Shown: positions 1 through 15,600 of the stretch, in pieces
How the letters are laid out: each line of letters starts with the position of its first letter
Numbering within the stretch: the first letter of the stretch is position 1
From: Dimorphilus gyrociliatus
Lineage: Eukaryota > Animalia > Annelida
NCBI GenBank assembly: GCA_904063045.1
Contig: CAJFCJ010000012.1
Span: 620,001 to 684,000 of the forward strand
Length of the DNA: 64,000 nt
Direction: 5' to 3'
Position numbers and translations under genes: made by a program
Notes under the pieces: generated by a model
What the model was told of the DNA's origin: nothing
Databases searched by the model: none
What the model saw: the letters and a program-made list of their open reading frames with translations, nothing else

Positions 1-3000
1 ATAACGTTATTGACACTTTAGATAGGAGGTCAGTTTTTTTCGAAACACTCTTCAATAAGTCAAGAGAATTAAATGGGAGTTACTTAATTATTCTAAAAAT
101 CTAATTTAACATTCTTAATGACATAGCCTTTTGAAAAAAAACACTATGGAAGTGGTATTAAATTAAATTTAAAAGAGAAGATATTTAAGTATGAGGGAGT
201 GGGTAGGAGAGGAGAGTTCGGAAGACTCTAGCAAAAGAAAATGCAGTTTACGAAAACTTTCGGTAGATGGCGATATTTAACAAGATATTTTTGAGTTTTC
301 TCTCTCTTCCTTTTCAAGTGATAACTAAGATAATACTTCTGTATTCACATTATTCCATTCGAATAGCTATCAATTTACTATAGTATCTATAAACAGGTGT
401 CTTATTAGACTAAAATTTTAATAAATTAGCTGACAATCTCATTAGCTAATATATATTAATAAAGTATGAAAAATATTTCAGCAATCATTTCACCAGGCAC
501 TTTAAATTTTTTCAATTGCCTAGCTTTACAAAAAAAGCAACAACAAAAGAAAGAAACACCTGCCATTCGAAATGAATTATTCAAAATTACCGTTTTATCA
601 TAGTTTATTGTTTTTAATTAGTTCAGTAAGTATTAATTATAAAGATAATAAATAGAAAACAAATATTATATAGTCTATCTTTGATCTTTCTTATGTTAGA
701 TAACATTCACTTGTTAGTTCTTATTCTAATTTATTCGTTTTTTAACGACTGTTCCATTTAGATTATTAATATCTATAGAAGAGAAATTACACATCAAGCA
801 AAATATTGAACAAGTAGTTTTCCAAGGTCCTTAAGTGCGAAACACTTTTTACCTTTCTAAAACATTTCAATTAGCGAAGAATTCTTGGCAAACATTATAT
901 AGAGATAAAGGTCAAAAGCAAGAAGAATCCGGGATCTTTAACCAGGCTTCAGTGATTTTTAATCTAATTGGCGATAATCAATACCCCACTAACTTCAGCT
1001 TAGGCACTATAATAATTCATCATAAATCAAATTTCTTCACTTATTTTCCTCTCTTATTGGATGATGTAATCAGAAAAATAATCTATTGTAGAACTATGTA
1101 ACATCCGTACAACGAACAATAACCAATCAATTGCGTAAGAGTTTATCTTACGCAATCTATAATAATATATTGGAATGGAACAAATCATTTTTTTTCTTAC
1201 TTGTTCCTTGTCTTAAGAAGAACTACAAAATAATTGCAAAAGAATGTATATTATTTCCCATCTAAATAACTATTTACAACATGTCCCATTAATATTCATG
1301 ACTCTTCTTGTCCATTTTCCATGTTCTCCATAAGATGAATTTCCACTTCATAGTGATCGTTATTATTACTATTATTATTCCCACAATCAGATGACTCGTC
1401 ATCTTCTCTATATAATAACAAAAATATAATCGAGTTGATCCTTGTTGACCCCTAAAAATTAATTTCAATAGGAAAAAGTAATAATAACCTTGAACAATCC
1501 ATACACATCTTCAGCATTACAATAGCTAAAAATAATATAAATAATAGGGTCATAACAAATAAAAACGTGTAAAGTCCAAATTGAAAAGCCTGCAAAAATC
1601 TTTTAATTAATAATTATTACAATTAAAAGGATTATTATAGAAAATATCAACTTACCATTATTTCTTTTCTAATTGTAATTTTCTAATATTTTTTCAAAAG
1701 GTTACGTAATAAAAAAATCAGAAGAATTAGCAAGAGAAAAAAATCCTTCTCTAACTTTCTCTCTCACCTAGAAAATCGTCGAAAATAGAGTTTTAACAAA
1801 AAAAATCCAGTATATATGTATACCATGTAACTCTGTCGGACTTCTCTCTTAAATGGACTTGGAGAAGTTATTAGAGAGACTCCACGCAAACTACTAGCTG
1901 AGAAAGAGAAATCATTTTAAGACTCTTTCGCTGGGTAAACTATTTCCTTAACGTCTTTTTTTAGCGGTTACGAATAATTATATTATAGGTATTTTTTTCA
2001 AACTTTAATTAGAAACAAACATCAAATAAAATACCTTTAAGCTAAAAAGAAAATAAGCAATAGAAGGGAAAAGATGATGAAAATCATATCGAACTGTTTA
2101 GCTTTAATCCTTCTAGTCATATAAAAACACTTATGTATGAGAAACGTCTTCACAGAAGCTAAATTTGACCTTTCATCAAGCGTAATGTAAATTATTACAT
2201 AAGAATACTTATTTCAGAAATGATACAATGAAAGAGAAACTTAACGTAAGTAGTCATCAGAGTAGAAGATGATCATCAATATTAGTTAGGGGAAAATAAT
2301 ATTCTTTACAGCTTAACTTGAGAAGTACATCGTTTAAAATAAAATTGAAGATTGTCTTTCTCATTTTCATCTCCTTCTTCATCTTCTTCGTTTTAATTAA
2401 GATCGTCTCATTTATAACGGAGAATGAAAATTCGACGTCTACCTCTTTATTTTTACATGTACTGCAACATTTTTAGTATTAAATATACGTGTATATGAAT
2501 AGTATGTATATAAATATTTATGTGTATATTGTATAGAGGGAACTGACTAAGTCTACTCCAATGGTCTCTATATGTAAATCTCTTTAAGTACCATAAAGAT
2601 AAAGTTTTAACTACAATATAATAATGTTATTGTTAATTATTTGATATGATAATATCGAATTTCCGTTGTTTTATCTATAATTAAAGTAAAAAGAATAACG
2701 AAGGTTTAATTTTTAAACATATTATTGTTAAGTCTATTTGTATCCATTAAAATCTATGTTGTCAATTATTCACGCTTATTGTATACTGATACGGTATCAA
2801 GCTAGTTATCGATTACTTCCTACGCATAATTCATGAAAGATAACTAGCAATAATATTTTAAACATTATCAATAGCATAATTAGGTTACGAATAAGTCATA
2901 TAGAGCATAACTATAGCCATCTAGTGGAAATAGAAAAAGATACTTTGTATGGTCTTGAAGAAATTGTTTATGTGTATTCATCAAGGATCTCTATCTATAC

Positions 3001-3341
3001 AATAAATAACGAATTCTTAGATGATTAAATCTATTGAAGAAGAGACGTTGACGATAATGATAATGTTAGAATTATAATTATGATAGAATGATTAAAAATG
3101 AAAGATAAATAATATAATAAACAAGTAAATATTGTAGGTTTGACAAATATTATTCTATATTTAGTTTGTATCACGTAAGATAAAAGAGAAAAAAATTCGT
3201 TCAAAACGTCACATATTGAACGGACAACATTATGCAAGTGTTGAAATATTGAAAAATATCGTTACTAGTTAAAGAGTACAATTATTGCTGAAATCTTCCT
3301 ACACAAAAAAACTAGCTTTTTTCGTTCTTTTTATACACAAC

Positions 3342-4500
3342 GGAATGTTTTTTTTTTGTTTTTTACATATAACATTATCCCGATTAATGGTTTCTTTTGC
3401 GGAATGAGATTATCGTTTGTTTTGCAAATAAACAAGTCTTAAATACAAATGATTATATAATGAATAGATGAACAGATAATAAGGAACACAAGCTATATGC
3501 ATTTTAATAAAAAATAAAAACCCATTTTAGGATACCAGTCTATTTCATTCATACAGCACCAATCTAATACTTTTTAATACTGAACGCTCGTACGGGTTTG
3601 ATACTAATCAGCACCATCTATCAGGTTAGGGAGCAACTTTCACACTACAAAATAGTTTTAAGCAGTTTTGGCCACTGGAAAGTGAAAAAACATAATAAAA
3701 TAAGGCTTTAAAACGAATTGGATAAACTTTCACTAATTTCCCATGCTTTTCCTTTGTAATGATGTTCATAATTTCAACTTAAAAAGCAGTTTTAAAAAAA
3801 AGAAAGTTAAAGGAAATCAATAGGAAATATAGAAAATTTTCCCAATTGTCTTATGTTAAATAGATAATAATAATAATAATAATACTACATTCACAACACT
3901 TAGTTACATAATTTTTCCTGTACAATTAATACTGAGTTCGGTAAAACGCAATGGGAGGAGAAATTTAAAGCTTGAATATGTCACGTGACTAGATCACTCA
4001 TCCAATCAACTAAGAGTATACTAAATAGCATAGGCAGTGTAACGCTGGTTTTTTGTCTTTACACTATCGGAAGACCTTTGGATTTTGTCCTTAACATAAA
4101 TGCATATGTCTGTACATTAATACATGAAATAAACAAATCAAAGTTTTAAATAGACTGGTATCCGACACCTGAGTTGGCACACAACCAAAAATAATGAAAT
4201 AAAAACAAAAGCAAGATGTTGCATAGATGACTAAATAGAACAAAAGTTAACACTCGACCAGCATTTTTTCATCAATAAAAATGACCACTAAAACAACAAC
4301 GAGCAGTGAGGCTTAAGTACAAGATTGTACGAGGTTGTGCTGTACAAAAATTGAAAGGAAGTACATAGATTATTTAATTGTATGCATATTTTTTTTTCTA
4401 CATATGGTACGCTTCAAAGAGGTAAATCCGAAATAACTATCAGCACGACCTTGCACTCGTCCTTTCATTCCGACTCACTGAATAACCAGAGAAAAGTAGG
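3342..4500 (-). promoter_or_regulatory. ZEB 3'UTR with clustered miRNA target sites
   Basis: The plus strand reproduces miRNA seeds, so the minus-strand mRNA carries the targets: miR-8/200 (3575, 3927), miR-29 (3555, 3610), miR-279 (3986), miR-34 (4033), miR-7 (4069), miR-277 (4097), miR-96 (4174), miR-67/307 (4180), miR-31 (4209), miR-153 (4219), miR-252 (4314), miR-92 offset (4451), miR-1 (3342). The distal UTR boundary is not known. Confidence 0.8.
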
Positions 4501-8075
<3,575 letters not shown>

Positions 8076-9644
8076 TCTCCGTCGTCTGTTCATATGAAAC
8101 AAAGAATAAAATTAATTAACTCTTTCTCAAAATATCTTCATTCTTATCATGAAAGAAAAAAGTTTATTCAATGGGTACTATTAACAGGACACACTTTACA
8201 AAAGTGCATTAAGCCGTTAATTAGTTTAAATTACAAAAATTCTCACTTTTAAATATTAATTAAGCGCAACAGATCAGATAGGAAGATTTTAAATATTCTG
8301 TACACCTTGGAAGATAGGATAGCACAGAAAGGAACCACCCTCTAGATGGCGTATTACATTTGAGGGAAAATATAATAATGTATTCGTAATGCGGATATAA
8401 ATTAGCAAAATCATAGTTGATTTATTAGCGACATAATCTGGAAGATTTTCTCTATAAAATATGGATATTTATCAAATATTATTACTGAAAAGCCATCTGC
8501 AGACGAAAGAGCTATCCTGTATCTAGGTAAATTGTCGCGAATGATTGCAAAAGAAAGTACCATTAAAATCGAATTTCTCTCGGAACCACCCTGCTGATAA
8601 AAAGAAAAACACAAGATACGAAAAGATCAATTTCCGATAGGCTAATTCCTTTCAAAATCCAAACAAACACACGAGAATCGAGAAAGTTAAGATAAGAGAC
8701 TTTCGAAAAAAGTGCCTGATAAAGATAATACAATCGTGTTATTCTACACCAAACAGATGCTTTTTTTCGTAGACAAAGAAGGGTAAAACTATTTCAGTCT
8801 TAAAAAATACTTAATAACAACACGCGCCATAAATCCTCACAGCAAACACAGTACAATACGAGAAAAATGAAAAGATTAACAACTAAAAGGTATATAAACC
8901 TGCTTCAAATTGTACAGGTGAAGTATGTTGAAAAGTAGCGACGACCATTTTCTATTCTACTATTTTTTCTATCTAGGCACCGAAATGCGGAGAAATCAAC
9001 GGGAAAACGCACGCTTCACCTTCTCTTCGAGGAAAATGACGACAAGAGTTCCCCGCTCAGGGGTTTTATAGCAAATGCTATTGGGTTTTTGCGAGAACGA
9101 ACTAACAGTTAAAACACGCCCACATCTATATACGCTTTCTTTAATACTATACCTGAAAGGTTTTGCTAGAGCGAACTAAGGTAGTTTAATTATGATACAG
9201 CTATACCGCTTTTTTCATCTATTTTATGTCACACAAAGGTAGCGGTAGAGAGTAGCGATTGGACAATCGATCAGGTAAAAATATCCAATCATAAAATACC
9301 TGGTTGATTGACATATAGGGCGGATCGAAATTTTTTATATTTTGCCAAGAAAGTGTTACTTATTTTTCGTTAAAGCTCGATATTGTTGTAAATTTATCAA
9401 ATTAAGATATAAGCTAAGTGAAGTATTACGCTTCAAGGAAAGATCGACTTGTATTTATTTATAGAATTTTTTCTTCTCATATATATGGACCGCTTGTGGT
9501 CCGCTTAATTGAGCGTAAAAATGTTTTAACATTCGTGCATCAAATATTTAAACGAGAGTATTTGGGACAATTATATAAAAAATATATAATTATTAAAATT
9601 ATACTTTTTATTAGTTTTGGAGATAAAGTAAATGAAGAGCGAGT

Positions 9645-9666
9645 GAGAGAGAGAGAGAGAGAGAGA
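9645..9666. repeat. (GA)n microsatellite
   Basis: About 11 GA units read directly. Confidence 0.95.
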
Positions 9667-12600
9667 AAAAAGGACCTAATTAAGTTTTTAACTTTAAACT
9701 GATGAATAGCTTAAATTATGCAATTACAGAGGTTTTTATACAAGTATGTTTTTTTTAAATAGACTGTAAATAATAACCTAAATGTTCTGTTATAAAGTGT
9801 TACTTTTGAAAATTTCTATCTATATAGTTAATTTATATGCAAAGCTCTGTATTTAATCAAGAGTCATCAGTCTCCCGTAGCAGTTGGGAATACAGCATGA
9901 ATTTTCAATGAATGAAATTAATACGTCTTTTTTCTTCAAATTACAACTGCGGCTTGTCTATATAACTCAATATTTTATCTTTCTATATATCCTATGATCA
10001 AATTACGAGAGTCTTGTTAATCTCAAGGATATAAAAGCCTATAAAGGAGAAACTATCATTAATATATAAAAGGCGTGATAAACCGTAAATTAATATATGA
10101 AAGCTGCTTTGCAGGGATAGAGCAGAGTACTTTCAGAATGCATTATACTTTACATTAATATTTTGTAAAAAACAACACTTTAAAGAAGATTTTAAAAGGT
10201 ATAAATGAGAGTTGTTTTTAAGAACATATCAAAATAGAAACGTATATAAAAAGACGATATAACCTTTCCGGACACCCCTTAATGCAAACGTTTGTAAATC
10301 GTCCTTTGTCGCGCACGTGCAAGTGGGAGTGGAGAATTTCTTGACAGTTCTCTATAAAACAAGGCAATGCTTTTTGCGACGATTTTTCGTCGTCTTGGTA
10401 ACTTCGATTTTTTCCTCTTTTGGAATCAATTAGCGCTCGCGCAAACAGGTTTTTGTTAAAACATCAAAAAACGCGACAATGATAAGAATCAACGATATAA
10501 CGGTGAAGTACTCTCTAATCGTTGACTTTCGCTCTTCAAAGTTGAATGCAATACAAACTTGGGGTGAGAGAAAATTTAACGAGAACGTGTCAATTGTTTT
10601 CATTTTGGTGCTTTCTTCATCTCTCATAGGACTTTCTAATCGGTGTTCTCTAATTTAATTTTTTTTTTAACTATAAAATATCAGCTTATGATTATCTTAT
10701 AAAAACATTAAAACAATATTGACGCAGGTGCTGCAACTATTAAGAATAAGGATAAATACAATTTTTACATTTGTAGGAATAAATCCATACCCTGAATAAA
10801 TACTGTTGAAACAAAGCCCTTATTTCCGCCATTAGGCCCACATATGACATCCATCAGGAACTGCACATTGTAAACAAAACAAGAATACAAAGCCTGATGG
10901 CGCCGCAATTAGCAGCAAATTTGTAAACCAACAAAACCTGACAAAAAGAGAATTAAAGTACAAAGAAAGGAATAAAGTGGTGAACAATTCGGATATTAAA
11001 TCGTGGCGACAAAAGTTTTCCGCATCATCACCAGCAGCCCTCTTTTTCTGAAAATCACTTTTCACCTTTAATTAAATTCGCGTCATCTACATACATCACT
11101 TTTCCATCAAAGCTATAAAGATCAAACGCGACGATTGTTTAACGAAACAATAGACGCCTTTGAACGTTCTCTGACGGGATTTTTCCTCAACCCACGTGCC
11201 AGATGTCCTAAGCTGCATCAAAGAAAACAAACGCCTGTTTGCATTTGACAAACTTTATATATGCGTCGACTGGCTTTAAGTGTATTGAGAAACGTGAGTA
11301 GAAATAACCATACACCTTCGATCATGAATAACATTGTAAAACGCTGATAAAAGTAGAGTAGAGCACGCTCAAAGAAAGTTTTTAGGGAATGGGGGGAAGG
11401 GAGGTCAACCTTTAATTAAAATTGTCAAAAGTTATCCTGAGGATTTATGCAACGCCAAACACATCTATGAGGCTTGACTAAAGTTAGACTAGCCATTAAA
11501 TGAATTGGAAAAATTGTGCAGCACCAATGATACAATAAATCCAAATCAACTCAAGAAAGCTAAGGCAATTTTACGGTTTCTTGTTCTTACGAGTTTCTTT
11601 GGGTATAATTTATAAGCCGAAATATTAAATGTATCGGAAATATGGTCACTTTGAAATTAGACATTATTCCAATTGCCTTCCTTAAATCTTAAAGCATGAC
11701 CAACTCTCAAAAAACTTTATGGGAAAACTTTCAGATTTAACCCCGAGTTGAAGGGTTTTAAGTAGCTCCAAACTGGTCTTTTGTTCGTGATTTTAGTCTT
11801 CGTACCGTGACGAAATGGAGGTAATATAGGAACCATCGGTCATTCTCTAACACTTGACCTTGAAATAAGGGTTAGACAAGGTCAAGATGACCATTGACGC
11901 CGTCCCATTGTGAACGCACGTGACCAGGTGTCAAAACGTTGATTGACTTACGTCGTTTACAGACCACATGAATATTAATGTTAAAGAGCAATTAAGGTTG
12001 CTTGAACAACGAGTTAGGAGCATACTTGAAAGAGGTAATTACAGGAAGTGCAGATCACGTGGCCGGAAGTATTTTGTAGCTATACAGGCACCAGTATTTG
12101 ACTGGTATAATTGTCGTCTTCCGTCCACAAGTCCATTCCTCTTTTTTACATTGTCGTTAATATAATCGTTCAATAATTTTTGTGATATTTCCATCAAAAA
12201 AATTTCTTTGACATTTTCATTGTTCAGAGTAATACGTCTTCCATTTGAACTTGTAAAAGGGGGCGTTATTTTGTCCGTTGTTTTTACTCTCTTAAACAAA
12301 TACATTTTTATGTGGGAAAAAGAAAAATTGATGAAAAGTGCGATTGGTAAAATTTGAATAAATATTGGCAAATTCGGTAAGAGTATCTATAAAAATGACA
12401 ATTTTAGTAAGAGAATTCTTTTACTTCAAAGCTTTAGTAACTTCAATAAAGAAAACCTCTTTTGTAAGGTTTACCAGAATCGATTTTTATCTGTCCTCTA
12501 ATCCGTAGAATTGATTTAATATTAAGTTAGAAAAATAATAAACCTCTCTAGACAATAATAAAGAAGTTCTCTACCTTTGACCTCATTCTTTTCTAATAAT

Positions 12601-15600
12601 ATATTGGAGGCGGTAGCTTACAGAAAAAGATAAATAAGCAATATCTAGTTAATTTACTACAAAATATAATTGAGTTCATCAACCAAGAACGATTAGAAAT
12701 AGACTACTTCCTCATCTAAAGCAGTTATTCTTTCCTATGTCATTGTAGACTATATTCTTGTTTGTATATAATATAAGAGAGAAAAGATGGATCTACAAAG
12801 AAATTATTAGTTTGTCTTCCTTCGATGATGCCCTCGCCAACAAAGCCGTTGATACTGGATTTTTAATACAAAGTTTATCAATCTTACTCTTTTCCCTAAC
12901 GCATATATTGCAATAGTTTAATATATTTTTCACAGAATTCTAATTAACCTAAATTTTATACTAAGCAACTATATACTTTTTATTAATATAATTGTATACA
13001 CAAAGCTGACTTCCTTTAAAGAAAACTATAATTTCCTCTTGTGATTTTTGACGATAAGTAGAAAAACACCAAGCTCTATATTTTTCTATTCGAAATTCAC
13101 TAACTCGTTAATCTATAAATCAAAACGGCCGAACAAAAAGTGAGCAATAATTTCTGACACGTGCACACATAAAAACGCAAAGTCGACGCCTTTTTCAATA
13201 AATTCAAAGAGGGAAAGAGATCAAAAGATAAAAGGAAAGAGCGTCTCCAACATGGGAATTTCAACAATTTCAGCAAACAATGGTAAAGGAGGGAGAAAAA
13301 TGGGGCTGCAACGTCAACTGCAGAATTTTTTCGAAACGATACGTTGATTAGATTACTCGCTTTGTGTACACGGCGTTTCCAAGATGGCGGATACAGGCAT
13401 TATTATTAAGGTAAACTGCTCATACATATGACAAACCTGACGTCATATTATCTTCTCAGGTACTCGTGCGCATGCGTGTCGGTTTAGGTTAAATTTATCC
13501 AGGTACATAATTATCTAAACAATCCAATATTTTCTTTGAAAAACTAACCGAAGTTGGAAGTTTTTCTCGTCAGACACGCGAACGTCGGAGGGCGAGGAGC
13601 GTCGAAATACGACGCCCGATATGCAAATCAAGTGACGCCCCGAATTTGGCTGCATCGATTATTTAAAGCGCCACCTATTGCAGAAATGTCAGCACTTTAT
13701 TAGGCTTAGACAGAAAGAGAGAAATGCCGAATGAAAGGAAAACGCCTGAAGTTGTTTTTGACAAACATAAGTAAATTTAATAAACTCGATAGTTGACAAA
13801 CAACTTCGAGTTAAACAATTTTCCTTGTACAGTTTCAGTAAAGCGGATGACACACATTTTCAAATGGCGAATATAAAATAGCGATATATATCTAAGTAGA
13901 GCACAGTAGACTCATCTAGTGGAGGAGTATCACGTAAAAACTGTCATTAAATAAACTCGAAACCTTAATATACATATGAGAAGTAACTTTATGACTGGTC
14001 CGTAAATTTGACAAACTAGACTCTAAATTGAACGTCTAACTGAAATAAGAAGTCAACTGAAAAATATATTAGTTTATTAAGTAAATGAGGTCTGATTTTT
14101 GTGATAATATTAGATTAAAGTAACACTAGTCGAAAACGTAAATTGGTCCTCTTAATAAAAATTTATCTTAGTAATATTTGTGTTGCAATTTCTTATTTGC
14201 CAAAGTATTTATTTATTTGATTCTAGTGCTTTAAGCTTTAATTAGTCAGCAATCAAGTTGTTAAAATTTTATTTACTTTACTCTGAATGTTATGAACTAG
14301 TTGTTACTTTTATTTATTTACTCTTTTCAAATTAACTGAGAAAGAAAAATCAAAATTTTACTCAAAGTCGATATTGAAACCTTACTATTTCGCAAACAAT
14401 TTTCATCAGGGCGTCAGATGACTGACTGGATAGTTTACTGGTATCACGTGACCGATCTAAAATTTTATCCGACACCTGCAACAGCTGGCCGCAAACTGAC
14501 CAGCCGACATCATCAAAGGAAAGGTTCAGCCCCTAATCCAGTAATGACACAATGTTGATCAGGTAGAAAGTGCTTTTGATGTGACCCTGAATTTATTCGC
14601 GCACATGGCGTCTATTTGTGCGGGCGTTATTGCGTTATGAACGCCGCGGCGTTCTTTTTTGTCAGTTTGTCACCGATATTAGTTTGTCAGGGTTACCGGT
14701 TGTGAAAATTTGTGTGAGCAGTACATAATGCAAATTTGATCATATTTTCGCTATAGAACCCCTTCCAGCCTATTCTCTACTCCTTCACATCCAAATTACA
14801 CAAGCACCGCTTTTGAATAATTTAGTAAGTGATCTAGTAGGGAAAGTCTTATTGTTGGATAAATAGATGGATAAACAAATTATGCTTTGAAATTCTATCC
14901 AGCTTTAAGAGAAAATACATATAAAAAAAAGAGCGAAAGAGAAAGAAATATCTTAATATATAAATTAAAAGTAAAGAGAACAAGTTAGAATTTACAAGCA
15001 ATGCATCCGAGAACAAATTTCACTAAAAAGATACTTAAATTTACAAGAAAACGTTATAAGAGAAAGCGGGGAATTAGATATTGTAAATAAGTTTTAAACG
15101 ATTACCGTTGTATACTCAATGTGAATCTAATTAATCTTATCTAGACAAATTTTACTTTCAAATGTTTTTTTCTTAAGAATGCAAAATGTTACCTATAAAA
15201 AGCAACGGATAATGCAAGAAGAGATATATGCCTATTCAATACTGTTATAAGGTATGGAAGGTATAATTATATACACTTATTCTACTAATAAGCAACAACA
15301 TCGAATGTTCATATAGTTTTTAATACTATATATTTATTCCAAATATATATTCACGTAGATTAAGACACTCATATGGCGGCTTATTATGGAACCATGAATA
15401 TTTATTAAATGACCTACTAAAAAAATTCTGCAAGGTAAATTAAATATTCTGTTAGTTTCTCCTTGTGCGTACTTATTGACTTAGGTAGCTTGTTGACTAA
15501 TGATGAAACTGCATTAATGTGCGTAGAGGAACCATAGATTTTTAAAGGGAATTGACTAATTAAAAATAAGAAAATGAATCATTATAAGACACCTCCGCCA

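Noticed and set aside
1290-1520. Exon-like purine-rich segment on the minus strand (acidic or TM-like readings)
   Set aside because: Two frames look equally plausible because of an AAT repeat, there is no homology, and it would need a ~37-nt intron. Cannot be supported without RNA data.
3930-4240. The miRNA-like strings as a polycistronic miRNA gene cluster on the plus strand
   Set aside because: No fold-back arms, spacing too tight for pre-miRNAs, and differences concentrated in the central positions, as expected for target sites on the ZEB strand.
8411-8614. Acceptor-like site and ORF at ~8595 as a ZEB exon
   Set aside because: The translation has no ZEB similarity and I found no phase-compatible donor.
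10430-11065. Minus ORFs 10430-10627 and 10832-11065 as ZEB first exons
   Set aside because: No homology. The only plausible donor near 10559 is phase 0, but the 8075 acceptor needs phase 1, and no bridging exon could be supported.
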